This document shows positions 7,343-17,290 of a DNA stretch of 32,925 nt, one piece after another. The notes under the pieces were generated by a model. The model searched no databases. It worked only from the letters and a program-made list of their open reading frames with translations, and was not told where the DNA came from. Each line of letters starts with the position of its first letter. Position 1 is the stretch's first letter. A program made the translations under genes and the position numbers. The stretch comes from Thermoflexales bacterium. Lineage in GTDB: Bacteria > Chloroflexota > Anaerolineae > B4-G1 > DUEL01. The stretch spans positions 16,098-49,022 of the forward strand of contig JBBIKR010000020.1 of the NCBI GenBank assembly GCA_037445395.1, given 5' to 3'.

Positions 7343-8041
7343 ATGCGCATTATCGCCAACGAGAAACATATCCGCCGCCGCGCCTTCATCGGGCGCTACG
7401 CCAGCATCGCCGGGCTCCTGGTCCTGCTGGTCTCGTTCATCCTCTCCATTTTCTGGACGCGCGAGTCGGCCCTGATTCCGCTGGGGATGTGGCTGGCGCT
7501 GCTCGTCGGTGTGGGGCTCTCCATCGTCGGCGGCTACTACGCCGAGCGGTTTGAGGGGCCGCGCGCCCACTACCGGAGCGTGCGGGAGGCGCTGAAGGGG
7601 CTGGATAACCGCTACACCCTCTATCAGCACATCCTCCCCTCTCCCCACGTCCTCTTGGGGCCGGACGGCCTGACGGTGCTGGTGGTCCGCTCCATCCCCG
7701 GCGAGGTGACCTATGCGAACGGCCGCTGGCGGTGGCGGCAACGGTTCAAGTTTCTGCGCTCGCTGGCCGGGCAGGAGGGGCTGGGGGTACCGGAAGCGGA
7801 GGTGGAGTACGAACTGCGGCGGATGGCCCGCTATCTGGGCAAGATTCTGCCCGGCGTTTCGGTCCCGATGCGGGGGGTGGTGCTGTTCACCCATCCGGAC
7901 GTGCAACTGGAGGTCAAAGACCCGCCGGTCCCGACCCTGCTGGCGCGGAAGTTCAAGGACTGGCTGCGAGGACCCGGGGCGGCCAAAGCCATGCCCGCAG
8001 CAGTGCGTCGGCAACTGGAGGAGGCCCTGCCGGGAGAATAG
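7343..8041 (+). CDS. membrane protein with NERD-like (nuclease-related) domain
   Basis: Two N-terminal hydrophobic helices, then ...HILPSPHVLLGPDGLTVLVVRSIPGEV..., which resembles the NERD core (DHxxIGPxGvfvIExK). GGGAGG sits upstream of ATG 7343; the ORF track starts at TTG 7340. Confidence 0.5.
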   Translation: MRIIANEKHIRRRAFIGRYASIAGLLVLLVSFILSIFWTRESALIPLGMWLALLVGVGLSIVGGYYAERFEGPRAHYRSVREALKGLDNRYTLYQHILPSPHVLLGPDGLTVLVVRSIPGEVTYANGRWRWRQRFKFLRSLAGQEGLGVPEAEVEYELRRMARYLGKILPGVSVPMRGVVLFTHPDVQLEVKDPPVPTLLARKFKDWLRGPGAAKAMPAAVRRQLEEALPGE

Positions 8042-8047
8042 GGCTTG

Positions 8048-8076
8048 GATGGCGGCGGCCTTCGGCCGCCGCCATC
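8048..8076 (+). terminator. GC-rich hairpin after the NERD-like gene (weak terminator or REP-like)
   Basis: gatggcggcggcc-ttc-ggccgccgccatc, a 13-bp perfect stem, followed only by a weak T stretch (acccctttac). Confidence 0.35.
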
Positions 8077-8105
8077 ACCCCTTTACTGGACTGTAGGAGG
8101 GCCCA

Positions 8106-8849
8106 ATGAACATCGGTTCCACCCTTCCGCAGTTGCTCTGCTCCTGCGGCTCGCTGTTCTTCGCGGGGGTGGCGGCGGTCTTCGCGGTCCTCCTCCTTCG
8201 GAGCGCCCGCCAGCGCCAGCAACTCCAGACCACACTGGCGAGCATCCCCCTGCAATCGGTCGCCGATCTCCAGCCCGGGCAGGGACTGGTCCGGCTGAGG
8301 GGCGTGATCGCCCAGGTTCCCGAGCCGGTCCCTCCTCTGCTGGACATCGCGGTGGTGCGCGTGGCGTTGGAAACCGGGAGGCCCGGTAGAGAGGACCGGC
8401 AACAGATGGACCGGGTGCAGGCGCGGCCGTTCCTCCTGGATGACGGCACCGGGACGGTGTGGGTGGACCCGACCGGCCTGGACCGCTTCCTGCTGGGTGA
8501 GGGGATCACCCTGGAGGACGCCGAGAGAGCCGCCGCCCTGCAGGCCGTGGGGCTTCCCTCCACCCTCCGGGCTGGGCCCGTCCAGGCCTGGGTGCTGCGC
8601 ACCGGGCAGGAGGTCACCGTCGTGGGGACCGTCCAGCAGAAAGGCGACCAGACCGTCATCGCCAAGGCGAAGGGGCAACCCCTGGTCGTCGCCCCGGGCG
8701 ACATCCCGGATGTCGCCGTTCAGACCGGACGACAGTCCACAGGGGCCTGGGTAGGGGCGGGCGTGCTGGGCCTGATCATCCTGTGCCTGCTGTCGGCGTC
8801 CGGGGTTCTGCTGATCAGAGCGCTGGCAACCCTGTTGTGTTCAGGATAA
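8106..8849 (+). CDS. membrane protein, GIDE-like domain (function unknown)
   Basis: N-terminal and C-terminal TM helices flank a soluble region with VRLRGVI...[20 protein letters not shown], resembling bacterial GIDE-domain proteins. AGGAGG RBS 6 nt upstream of the ATG. Confidence 0.45.
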   Translation: MNIGSTLPQLLCSCGSLFFAGVAAVFAVLLLRSARQRQQLQTTLASIPLQSVADLQPGQGLVRLRGVIAQVPEPVPPLLDIAVVRVALETGRPGREDRQQMDRVQARPFLLDDGTGTVWVDPTGLDRFLLGEGITLEDAERAAALQAVGLPSTLRAGPVQAWVLRTGQEVTVVGTVQQKGDQTVIAKAKGQPLVVAPGDIPDVAVQTGRQSTGAWVGAGVLGLIILCLLSASGVLLIRALATLLCSG

Positions 8850-8869
8850 ATGGGTTGTGTTGGCCGACC

Positions 8870-9652
8870 GTGAAGCAGAAATTGGTCATTGCCCTTTGCT
8901 GTCTGCTGCTCACCGCGTGCCGGCCGGTGAGTTCACCTGTCCCGTCGCCGACCGCCGCGCCGGTGGACGACGCCCGCTACGTCCAGATGAGGGAGCGAAT
9001 GGTGATTGAGACGATTCAGGCCCGGGGAATCCGGGACGAACGGGTACTGGAGGCGATGCGGACCGTCCCCCGCCACCTCTTCGTGCCGGAAGAGGAGCGC
9101 CCCCATGCCTACGGCGATTATCCGCTGCCCATCGGCTTCGGCCAGACCATCTCCCAGCCCTACATCGTCGCGCTGATGACGGAACTCCTGGACCTGAAGC
9201 CCGGCGATCGGGTGCTGGAGGTGGGTACCGGCTCCGGCTATCAGGCCGCCGTCCTGGCCTCCATCCCCGGCGTGGAGGTCTACTCGGTGGAAATCATCCC
9301 CGAACTGGCCCGCAGCGCGCAGGAGCGGTTGAGGGAGTTGGGCTATCCGGTGACCTGTAAGCAGGGGGACGGTTACTACGGCTGGCCGGAGTACGCTCCC
9401 TTTGACGCCATCATTGTCACTGCGGCGCCGGACCACATTCCTCCGCCGCTGGTGGAGCAACTGGCCGTGGGCGGGCGAATGGTCATCCCGGTGGGGCCAC
9501 CGGGCGGGTATCAGGTGCTCTGGAAACTGGTCAAGCAGCCGGATGGGGAGTTAAAGGCCTACAACTACGGCGGTGTGGCCTTCGTCCCCCTCACCGGGCC
9601 GGGGGTCCAGCAGCACCGGATGCAGGAGACCGCCACGCCCAGGCCGAAGTGA
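8870..9652 (+). CDS. pcm: protein-L-isoaspartate O-methyltransferase, lipoprotein form
   Basis: ...[10 protein letters not shown]...[27 protein letters not shown]...[16 protein letters not shown]...[25 protein letters not shown]. The GTG at 8870 gives [17 protein letters not shown], a lipobox signal, and avoids overlap with the upstream gene. The ORF track start at 8783 lies inside the previous gene. Confidence 0.88.
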   Translation: MKQKLVIALCCLLLTACRPVSSPVPSPTAAPVDDARYVQMRERMVIETIQARGIRDERVLEAMRTVPRHLFVPEEERPHAYGDYPLPIGFGQTISQPYIVALMTELLDLKPGDRVLEVGTGSGYQAAVLASIPGVEVYSVEIIPELARSAQERLRELGYPVTCKQGDGYYGWPEYAPFDAIIVTAAPDHIPPPLVEQLAVGGRMVIPVGPPGGYQVLWKLVKQPDGELKAYNYGGVAFVPLTGPGVQQHRMQETATPRPK

Positions 9653-12071
9653 GCCGCGCCCCCAGGTAGGCCACCGCCCCGGCCAGCAGGACGGCCCGGA
9701 AGCCCCAGGAGAGGGCCATCAGGGCCGCCAGGACGGACGCGACGACCGAGAGGGCCCCGTTGACCCCCCATGCCCAGGGCACCAGCGCCGGTTCCTGCTC
9801 CTGCAGGGCCCCCAGCAGGCGCGGGAAGGGCATCCCCATCGCCACCCCCAGCGGGGCCAGGCCCAGGCCGGTGACGGCCGCGCGCGCCCAGAAGGGCAAC
9901 CCCAGCAGCGGGCCCGACAGCAGGGACATCCCCAGACCGTAGAGGACGACCACCCCCACCACCCCCTCCAGCGCCCGGCGCGGAGGGACGCGCGCGGATA
10001 GAAGGCTCCCCAGTCCCGAAAAGAGCAACAGCGCCCCCAGCACCCCCGCCATCGCGTAGGCCGGATGCCCCAGAAATAGGATGAACCGCTGCAATAGGGG
10101 GATTTCCACCAGCATAAACCCCAGCCCCAGAAAGCCGAAGGGCGCCAACCGTAGGGGCAACCCTTGCGGTTGCCCGGCGGGTTTTCGTCCTGCCAGCGGC
10201 AGGAGAATCAGCACGCCCGCCGCGACGACGGCGATCCCCAACAGCGCCAGCACCACCAGATACCCCGCCCCACCGAACGGCTGCCAGACGTGGCCTGCCA
10301 TCGCCAGCACCTCCGGCATCTGCCGCCAGCGGAAAAAATGGCCGAAGAACGGGCGGTCGTCGGTGGGCGGCGCGACGTCAAAGGGGTAGTCGGCCAGCCA
10401 GCGGGCGCGGTCCTCGGCCTCCATCAGCCCGACGAAGGCCAGATAGTGCTCCGGGGTAGGCATCACGTTGTAGCGGTTGGCCTCTTCGGGGCGGATGTCG
10501 GGCGCGTAGGCCAGGTCCAGGGAGCGGGCGGCCGCAAAGGCCCGGATGGCCGCCAGTTCCCCGGGGGTGAAGGGGCCCCGGCGGGCCAGGATGAGCACCT
10601 GGTTGTAACTGCGCAGAGCGACCAGGCTCCGCGCCGGGTCGCCGCCGGTCCGTTCCACCGCCTCCACCGCCAGCGCGAAGGCCCGCACCTCCTCGGAGGG
10701 CGGCGACTGGGCCCAGCGGACCACTGTTAGCAGGCCCCCGTTGGTCAGGCGGCGCATCGCGGCGACGAAGCCCTCCACCGTGTACCGGTAGTTCTCCGCC
10801 AGACTGTAGGCGCCGGAGGTGACGGGGTGGTACGGCGCCGACAGGGCCATCAGGATGACGTCGTACTCCGGGCCGGCGCGGGCCAGGAAGGCCCGCCCGT
10901 CCTCCACAAAGAGGGTCACGCCGGAGCGGTCGTAGAGGTCTCCTGCCCAGGCCCCCTGTGCGCGGACAGCGGCGACGACCAGGGGGTTCGGCTCCACGGC
11001 CGTCACCGCCCGCGCGCCCAGCGCCTGCGCGACCCAGAGGTCCCAGCCGCCGCGCGGGTCCAGGACCAGCGCCCGGGCCCCCGGCCGCAGGCGGTACGGC
11101 AGCGCGGTCAGCAGACAGTCGGTCAGCGGGGCCAGTTCCGCCGGGTCTGTGACATGGGTGATGGGGCTGAGGTCGTCCCCGTCCACAAAGAGCGCCCGCT
11201 GCGGCGGCGGCTGTCCCCGGCAGGCGATGCCCTGCCCGGGGAGGCTCCGGATGAGGGAGGACTCCACCACATCCACCCGGGAGATGCCGTTCCAGGCGCG
11301 AAAGAGGAGGCGGCTATCCGGGTACTGGAGGGCGTAGGAGAGGCCCTTGTAGGGGGAAAGGCGGATTTCCAGGACGGGCGGGAGATGGAAGGCCGTCAGC
11401 CACAATCCCCCAGCGACGGCCAGTTGGAGGAGCGCGCTGGGCAGGCGGGAGCGGGAGAAGAGAAGGGCCGAGAGGCCGCCCAGCCCGGCGGTCAGGAATA
11501 CCATGCCCTCGGCGCCGGTAAGAGACGGAAGGGTGACCGCCAGCAGGCACCCCAGGGCCGACCCGGCCAGATTGGCCGCATAGGTCGGGCCCACCGCGCC
11601 CCGCCGAAGGGAGAGGAGCAGGCCTGTGGCTGCTCCGGCGCAGAAGAAGGGGAGGGAGAGGGCCACATAGTGGAGGGCCAGAATGCCCCACTGCCGGGGG
11701 TCCAGCGCGACGCGGAAGGAGTCAAAAGGGAGCGCCTGCGTCAGCCCGCAGGAACCGACGGCGGTGATGGCAAATCCCCAACTCAGCAGGGAGAGGGCCC
11801 GCCCGGGACGGCGGGCGATGCCCCCGGCCAGGCTCAGAAAAGTCCCGCTGGCGCCGAAGCCCAGCAGGGCCAGGCTGACCGTCATAAAGGCGAAGTGGTA
11901 GAACTGGGCGACGGAGAAGAGGCGGGTGAGGTTGACCTCAAAGGCCAGGGAGGCGGCGGAAAGGAGGAAGAGGGCCAGGAAATCGCGGGGCGCAGGGCGC
12001 GGGGGATAGCGCTCCGCTCCGCTGCCCACCGGACGAAAAGCGGAACGCCGGGGCGCATGCCCTTCGTACAT
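9591..12071 (-). CDS. polytopic membrane protein with central spermidine-synthase-like (class I MTase fold) domain
   Basis: 826 aa. N-terminal multi-TM region ([30 protein letters not shown]), a central soluble region ([30 protein letters not shown]...DVILMAL), and C-terminal TM helices ([16 protein letters not shown]). Confidence 0.7.
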   Translation of the reverse strand: MYEGHAPRRSAFRPVGSGAERYPPRPAPRDFLALFLLSAASLAFEVNLTRLFSVAQFYHFAFMTVSLALLGFGASGTFLSLAGGIARRPGRALSLLSWGFAITAVGSCGLTQALPFDSFRVALDPRQWGILALHYVALSLPFFCAGAATGLLLSLRRGAVGPTYAANLAGSALGCLLAVTLPSLTGAEGMVFLTAGLGGLSALLFSRSRLPSALLQLAVAGGLWLTAFHLPPVLEIRLSPYKGLSYALQYPDSRLLFRAWNGISRVDVVESSLIRSLPGQGIACRGQPPPQRALFVDGDDLSPITHVTDPAELAPLTDCLLTALPYRLRPGARALVLDPRGGWDLWVAQALGARAVTAVEPNPLVVAAVRAQGAWAGDLYDRSGVTLFVEDGRAFLARAGPEYDVILMALSAPYHPVTSGAYSLAENYRYTVEGFVAAMRRLTNGGLLTVVRWAQSPPSEEVRAFALAVEAVERTGGDPARSLVALRSYNQVLILARRGPFTPGELAAIRAFAAARSLDLAYAPDIRPEEANRYNVMPTPEHYLAFVGLMEAEDRARWLADYPFDVAPPTDDRPFFGHFFRWRQMPEVLAMAGHVWQPFGGAGYLVVLALLGIAVVAAGVLILLPLAGRKPAGQPQGLPLRLAPFGFLGLGFMLVEIPLLQRFILFLGHPAYAMAGVLGALLLFSGLGSLLSARVPPRRALEGVVGVVVLYGLGMSLLSGPLLGLPFWARAAVTGLGLAPLGVAMGMPFPRLLGALQEQEPALVPWAWGVNGALSVVASVLAALMALSWGFRAVLLAGAVAYLGARLTSAWAWRSPASGAAGPPAR

Positions 12072-12108
12072 TGTTTATCGTCCGTGGTCGGGTGCCGGTC
12101 GTCCGTCC

Positions 12109-12531
12109 TCAGGCGATGTCCTCGTGCTCCCGCAGAAGGATGCTCTGGCGGACGTAGTAGAGGGCCAGGGATTCGGCGATGCCGCTGGCGATGCGACGGC
12201 TCACCTGTGCGGCCACGTCCACAGGGTAGGGCATCCCCCTTTCAGTGGGACAGACAACGGTCAATTGCCCGCCGTCGCTCTGGTGGATGGCCCACTCCCC
12301 GTTGTGGCGTCGGCGAAAGACCTCCCCGACGAAGGCCACCCAGAGAATCTGGAGCGACCGTGGAGGGGAGGGGCTCCGTTCAATCCATTCGTCCAGCAAC
12401 TGCAGCGCGGTGGCGTCATACTGGACCGGCTGACCGGCGAACCGTTCCAGTTGCCGCCGGGCCTGCTCGGCCAGTTCCACCAGTTGCCGGGCACGATCCG
12501 GGCTCAGTAGTTGCAGCGATGACTCCATCAT
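12109..12531 (-). CDS. hypothetical protein
   Basis: ORF with start MMESSLQLL... chosen at 12531. An extended -10-like TGATATACT and a GGGAAGG RBS lie upstream on the minus strand. No motif I can name. Confidence 0.5.
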   Translation of the reverse strand: MMESSLQLLSPDRARQLVELAEQARRQLERFAGQPVQYDATALQLLDEWIERSPSPPRSLQILWVAFVGEVFRRRHNGEWAIHQSDGGQLTVVCPTERGMPYPVDVAAQVSRRIASGIAESLALYYVRQSILLREHEDIA

Positions 12532-12587
12532 GGCCTTCCCGCATACAGAGTATATCACAAAAACATCCAGCCGCAAGCGTATCCCCT

Positions 12588-12616
12588 TTGCCGATTCCGC
12601 TATCCCATGTTAGAAT
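12588..12616 (+). promoter_or_regulatory. sigma-70-type promoter for uvrA (TTGCCG-17-TAGAAT)
   Basis: -35 at 12588-12593 and -10 at 12611-12616, 22 nt upstream of the uvrA ATG. Confidence 0.5.
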
Positions 12617-12638
12617 ATCCGTTCGCAGCAGGTGCGAA

Positions 12639-15503
12639 ATGGAACAGATCATCGTCCGGGGCGCCCGGCAGCACAATCTCAAAAACATCACCGTGGAGAT
12701 TCCCCGCAACCGTCTGGTCGTCATCACCGGCATCTCCGGTTCGGGGAAGTCCTCCCTGGCCTTTGACACCATCTTCGCCGAGGGACAGCGCCGCTACGTG
12801 GAGTCCCTCTCCGCCTACGCGCGCCAGTTCCTGGGCGAGATGCAGAAGCCCGACGTGGATTCCATTGAGGGCCTCTCCCCCGCCATCTCCATTGACCAGC
12901 GGGGCGTCTCCCACAACCCCCGCTCCACCGTCGGCACCGTCACCGAAATCTACGACTATCTCCGTCTCCTCTACGCGCGCATCGGCATTCCCCACTGCCC
13001 CCAGTGTGGCCGGGAAGTCACCCGCCAGTCCGCCCAGCAGATTGTGGACGCCGTCCTGGCCCTGCCTGCCGGAACCCGCTTTATGGTACTGGCCCCCCTG
13101 GTCAAGGACCGCAAGGGCCACCACCAGGCCGTCTTTGAGGACGTGCGCAAGGCGGGCTTTGTCCGGGTCCGGGTGGACGGCGTGGTGCGGGACGTGGACG
13201 AGGAGATAGAACTGGACCGGTACAAACTCCACACCATAGAGGCGGTGGTGGACCGGCTCATCATCCCCGACGAGATAGACGACGGATTTCGCACCCGCCT
13301 CACCGATTCGGTGGAGACGGCGCTCCGTCTGGGCGACGGCGTCGTGGTCATCAACGACGTCTCCGCCGACCCGCCGCGCGACCTCCTCTACTCCGAACAC
13401 CTGGCCTGCCCGGTCTGCGGGATCAGTTTGCCGGAGATAGAGCCGCGGACGTTCTCCTTCAACAGTCCTCACGGCGCCTGCCGGACCTGCCAGGGGCTGG
13501 GGACGCGCACCGAACTGGACCCCGACCTCATCGTTCCCAACCCGGACCTCTCCCTGGAAGAGGGGGCCATCGTCGCCTGGAACACCGACGACCACGACGG
13601 CTACTACTGGCAACTGCTGGAGGCGACCGCGCGCTACTACCACATCCCCACCGACCGGCCCTGGCGGGAACTGACCCCCGCCCAGCGACAGACCATCCTT
13701 TACGGGAGCGGCGGCGAGGAGATTCCCATCACCTACACGGCGCGGGACGGTGGTCGGCGCATCTACCGCACCCCCTTTGAGGGCGTCATCCCCAACCTCC
13801 AGCGCCGCTACCGGGAGACGACGTCCGACTACATCCGCGCCAAAATAGAAGAATTTATGACCCGACGCCCCTGCCCGGCCTGCGGCGGGGCGCGCCTGAA
13901 GCCGGAGGCCCTGGCCGTCACCGTGGCCGGGAAAAACATCTACGAACTCACCCGGATGACGGCCAAACAGTTGCTGGAGTGGCTGGATGACCTGCCGTTG
14001 ACCGAGAAAGAGCGCATCATCGCCGACCGCATCCTGAAAGAAGTCCGCTCCCGGCTCCAGTTCATGGTCAACGTCGGCCTGGACTACCTGACGCTGGATC
14101 GGACCGCCGAGACCCTCTCCGGCGGCGAGGCCCAGCGCATCCGCCTGGCGACGCAGATCGGCTCCCAGTTGACCGGCGTCCTCTACGTCCTGGACGAGCC
14201 GACCGTCGGCCTGCACCAGCGGGATAACGACCGCCTCATCCGCACCCTCCAGGCGATGCGGGACCTGGGGAACACCCTCCTGGTCGTGGAGCACGATGAG
14301 GCGATGATCCGCTCCGCCGACTGGATCATAGACCTGGGGCCGGGGGCCGGGGAGAAAGGTGGGGAAGTTGTGGTCGCCGGGACGCTCCAGGACGTCCTCA
14401 ACCATCCCGTGAGCCTGACCGGGGCATATCTCTCCGGCCGCCGTCGCATCCCCCTCCCCCGCCGACGCCGCCCCGGCAACGGCCAGTTCCTGGTCGTCCG
14501 GGGGGCACGGGAGCACAACCTGAAAAATATTGACGTCCGCATCCCCCTGGGGATGTTTGTCTGCATCACCGGCGTCTCCGGCTCCGGCAAGTCCACCCTG
14601 CTGGTGGACGTCCTCTACCGTCGGCTGGCGCAGATGCTCCACGGCTCCCGCGAGCCCGCAGGAGAGCACGATACCATTGAAGGCGTGGAGCACGTAGATA
14701 AAGTCATCAATATTGACCAGTCCCCCATCGGGCGGACGCCCCGCTCCAATCCGGCCACGTACACCAACCTCTTCGGCCCCATCCGCGACCTCTTCGCCTC
14801 CCTGCCGGAGTCCAAAATTCGCGGCTACCGGCCCGGGCGGTTCTCCTTCAACGTCAAGGGGGGGCGGTGTGAGGCGTGCGAGGGGCACGGCGTCCTGCGC
14901 ATAGAAATGCAGTTCCTCCCTGACGTCTACGTCCCCTGCGACGTCTGCCACGGTCGGCGGTACAACCGCGAGACGCTCCAGGTGCGCTTCAAGGGGAAAA
15001 ACATCGCCGAGGTGCTGGATATGACGGTGGACGAGGCGGTGGAGTTCTTCTCCGCTTTTCCGGCCATTCAGCGCAAGTTGCAGACGCTCCAGGACGTGGG
15101 GTTGGGGTACATCCGGCTGGGCCAGCCCGCGCCGACCCTTTCCGGCGGCGAGGCCCAGCGGGTGAAACTGGCGCGGGAACTCTCCAAGATTGCCACCGGC
15201 CGCACCCTCTACGTCCTGGACGAGCCCAGTGTCGGCCTGCATGCGGCGGACGTGGACAAACTGGTGGCGGTCCTGAACCGGCTGGTGGACGCGGGCAACA
15301 CGGTGGTCATCATTGAGCACCACCCGGACATTATTAAAGTCGCCGACTGGATTATAGACCTGGGGCCGGAGGGAGGCGATGCCGGAGGCTGGGTCGTCGC
15401 CGAGGGCCGGCCCGAGGATGTGGCGCGAGTGGAGGCCAGTTACACCGGTCAGTTCCTGCGGCGGATTCTGGGGGAGTATGTCCTCCAGCCGATGTCTTTT
15501 TGA
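12639..15503 (+). CDS. uvrA: excinuclease ABC subunit A
   Basis: 954 aa starting [24 protein letters not shown]. Two ABC ATPase modules ([24 protein letters not shown]), LSGGEAQR signature twice, and zinc-finger cysteines (CPQCG, CPVCG...[14 protein letters not shown]...CDVCHG). The ORF track's 10827 start is an upstream stop-free extension. Confidence 0.96.
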   Translation: MEQIIVRGARQHNLKNITVEIPRNRLVVITGISGSGKSSLAFDTIFAEGQRRYVESLSAYARQFLGEMQKPDVDSIEGLSPAISIDQRGVSHNPRSTVGTVTEIYDYLRLLYARIGIPHCPQCGREVTRQSAQQIVDAVLALPAGTRFMVLAPLVKDRKGHHQAVFEDVRKAGFVRVRVDGVVRDVDEEIELDRYKLHTIEAVVDRLIIPDEIDDGFRTRLTDSVETALRLGDGVVVINDVSADPPRDLLYSEHLACPVCGISLPEIEPRTFSFNSPHGACRTCQGLGTRTELDPDLIVPNPDLSLEEGAIVAWNTDDHDGYYWQLLEATARYYHIPTDRPWRELTPAQRQTILYGSGGEEIPITYTARDGGRRIYRTPFEGVIPNLQRRYRETTSDYIRAKIEEFMTRRPCPACGGARLKPEALAVTVAGKNIYELTRMTAKQLLEWLDDLPLTEKERIIADRILKEVRSRLQFMVNVGLDYLTLDRTAETLSGGEAQRIRLATQIGSQLTGVLYVLDEPTVGLHQRDNDRLIRTLQAMRDLGNTLLVVEHDEAMIRSADWIIDLGPGAGEKGGEVVVAGTLQDVLNHPVSLTGAYLSGRRRIPLPRRRRPGNGQFLVVRGAREHNLKNIDVRIPLGMFVCITGVSGSGKSTLLVDVLYRRLAQMLHGSREPAGEHDTIEGVEHVDKVINIDQSPIGRTPRSNPATYTNLFGPIRDLFASLPESKIRGYRPGRFSFNVKGGRCEACEGHGVLRIEMQFLPDVYVPCDVCHGRRYNRETLQVRFKGKNIAEVLDMTVDEAVEFFSAFPAIQRKLQTLQDVGLGYIRLGQPAPTLSGGEAQRVKLARELSKIATGRTLYVLDEPSVGLHAADVDKLVAVLNRLVDAGNTVVIIEHHPDIIKVADWIIDLGPEGGDAGGWVVAEGRPEDVARVEASYTGQFLRRILGEYVLQPMSF

Positions 15504-16074
15504 CCACCTGACCACAGGGTATGACCTGGGTATGCTCCCGCTGGAGGTCGCCGTGTTGCGGCGCATGCGGCGGCGGGCGTTCCCAACGGTGGCGGGGCGG
15601 GTGCTGGAGGTGGGCGTCGGCACAGGGGTCAACCTCCCCCTCTACCCACCCGGCGCGGCCGTCGTCGCGCTGGACTTCAGCGCGCCGATGCTCCGGCAGG
15701 CCCTCCGCCGCCCCGCCCGCGCCCGCGTGCGCGCGGTCCAGGCAGACATCCACCACCTCCCCTTCCGGGACGGCGCCTTTGACGCCGTGACCGGCTCCCT
15801 GGTCTTCTGCTCCGTCGCCGAGCCGGAGCGGGCGCTGGGGGAGGTGTACCGGGTCCTCCGGCCCGGAGGGCGCCTGCTCCTCCTGGAGCACACCCGGGGC
15901 CGGGGCGCGGGCGCCTGGCTGACGGACCGCCTTCACCCTCTCTGGTTCGCCTGGAACGGCGTCTGCCACCTGAATCGGGAGACGGTCCGAACCCTCCAGG
16001 AAGTTGGGTTTCAACTCCACCGCGAGGAGACCCGCATCCTGGGCATCTTTCGGCTAATACAAGGAGTGAAGTGA
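15478..16074 (+). CDS. class I SAM-dependent methyltransferase (Methyltransf_11-like)
   Basis: [12 protein letters not shown] (motif I), ...ALDFSAPML..., ...[11 protein letters not shown]..., ...[16 protein letters not shown] 15478 overlaps the uvrA end by 26 nt. An alternative ATG lies at 15532. Confidence 0.8.
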   Translation: MSSSRCLFDHLTTGYDLGMLPLEVAVLRRMRRRAFPTVAGRVLEVGVGTGVNLPLYPPGAAVVALDFSAPMLRQALRRPARARVRAVQADIHHLPFRDGAFDAVTGSLVFCSVAEPERALGEVYRVLRPGGRLLLLEHTRGRGAGAWLTDRLHPLWFAWNGVCHLNRETVRTLQEVGFQLHREETRILGIFRLIQGVK

Positions 16075-16502
16075 ACGCGATAGGAACGATGCTCTACGAC
16101 CTGCTCCGGCAGAACTGGGTCCTTCTGCTGGTGCTCGGCCTGCTGGCGGGCGCCTGGCTCTTCCTGCGCACGCCAGCCGACCGGGTCTCCATAGACCTCT
16201 TCCAGCAGGAGATTCACGGCGGCCGGCCCGTCGTGGTGGAATTTTTCTCCAACACCTGAAGTGCCTGCCTGATGGCCAAACCTGCCGTGGACAGGTTAGA
16301 GCGGGAACTGAACGGGACAGCGAAAGTGTTGCGGATAGACGTGATGAGCCAGACCGGGCCGGCGCTGGCCCAGGAGTACGGCGTGCGCGCCGTACCCACC
16401 TTTATCGTCTTTGACGGGAAGGGGCAGGTGGTCTACGCCCAGGCCGGCCTGCCCGACCGGGCGGCCATACGGGAGGCCGTCCAGGCCGCCGCAGGCCCGT
16501 AA
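16071..16502 (+). CDS. membrane-anchored thioredoxin-like protein with in-frame TGA at the CxxC position (candidate selenoprotein, or pseudogene)
   Basis: ORFs 16071..16259 and 16272..16502 share one frame. Read-through gives an N-terminal TM helix, then RPVVVEFFSNT-[TGA 16257-16259]-SAC-LMAKPAVDRLEREL...YGVRAVPTFIVFDGKG. That is the Trx beta1 strand, a redox motif U/C-S-A-C, and a cis-Pro (VPT). Start is GTG 16071 (AAGGAG upstream) or ATG 16089. Confidence 0.6.
16275..16302 (+). promoter_or_regulatory. candidate bacterial SECIS-like stem-loop downstream of the in-frame TGA
   Basis: AACCUG (16279-16284) pairs with CAGGUU (16292-16297). The 7-nt apical loop is CCGUGGA and contains GU. A few extra pairs below an A.A mismatch extend the helix. 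The loop lies about 26-32 nt 3' of the UGA. Confidence 0.35.
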
Positions 16503-16522
16503 ACTCGCTTTTGGGGGCATTT

Positions 16523-17275
16523 GTGGAACTCTCATCTCCGTTGCTGACCATCATCATCCCTGCCTACAACGAGGAGCACCGCCTGCCGGTGACCCTCCCC
16601 CAGGTCGTCGCCTTCGCCGAGGCGCAGGCGTACCCGGTGGAGGTGCTGGTGGTGGATAACGCCAGCACCGACCGGACGGCCGATGTGGTCCGGGCGATCG
16701 CGGCCGAACACCCCATTGTCTCCCTCCTCTACCAGCCCATACGGGGGAAAGGGGCCGCCGTCCGGAAGGGGATGCTGGAAGGTCGGGGGGAATACCTGTT
16801 CATCTGTGATGCCGACCTGGCGATGCCCATTGAGCAGGTGTCCCGTTTTCTCCCTCCGGCGCTCTCCGACTACGACGTCGCCATCGCCTCCCGCGAAGCA
16901 CCGGGCGCGCGCCGGTTCAACGAGCCCTGGTACCGCCACCTTATGGGGCGCGTCTTCAACACCGTTGTGCGCCTGCTGGCGGTCCCGGGCATCCAGGACA
17001 CCCAGTGCGGCTTCAAGTGCTTCCGCCGGAAGGTGGCGCGCGACCTCTTCTCGGTGCAGAGGCTGGACGGCTGGGCGTTTGACGTGGAAGTGCTCTACAT
17101 CGCCCGTCGGCGCGGCTATCGCATCGTGGAAGTGCCGATTGACTGGTCCTACGGGGAGGGAAGCCGCGTCAGCCCGCTACGGGATTCCTGGAATATGTTC
17201 TGGGAAGTCATCCGCATCCGCCGCAACGGGCAGGCAGGGCTGTATGACCCGCCGAATACCCGCTTGACGGAGTAG
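16523..17275 (+). CDS. family 2 glycosyltransferase (polyprenyl-phosphate glycosyltransferase-like)
   Basis: LTIIIPAYNEEHRL..., VVDNASTDRT..., ICDADLAMP (DxD), ...QCGFKCFRR.... The start is uncertain: GTG 16523, TTG 16511 or TTG 16541. Confidence 0.85.
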   Translation: MELSSPLLTIIIPAYNEEHRLPVTLPQVVAFAEAQAYPVEVLVVDNASTDRTADVVRAIAAEHPIVSLLYQPIRGKGAAVRKGMLEGRGEYLFICDADLAMPIEQVSRFLPPALSDYDVAIASREAPGARRFNEPWYRHLMGRVFNTVVRLLAVPGIQDTQCGFKCFRRKVARDLFSVQRLDGWAFDVEVLYIARRRGYRIVEVPIDWSYGEGSRVSPLRDSWNMFWEVIRIRRNGQAGLYDPPNTRLTE

Positions 17276-17290
17276 TCGGAAAATGGCATA

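Noticed and set aside
10827-12638. N-terminal 604-codon extension of the uvrA ORF (ORF track 10827..15503)
   Set aside because: The extension is antisense to the 826-aa membrane protein and the hypothetical gene and is compositionally aberrant. UvrA begins cleanly at [16 protein letters not shown] (12639), with a promoter just upstream.
12600-15632. 1010-aa ORF on the minus strand
   Set aside because: It lies entirely antisense to uvrA, whose identity is unambiguous. The product is low-complexity and rich in G/A/P/R/V, typical of stop-free antisense frames in high-GC DNA.
16071-16502. Treating 16071..16259 and 16272..16502 as two independent small genes
   Set aside because: The first would be a TM helix plus one beta strand ending right before the redox motif. 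The second would be a thioredoxin fold lacking beta1 and the first catalytic residue. The shared frame and the motif continuity across the TGA argue for one gene, either Sec-decoded or disrupted.
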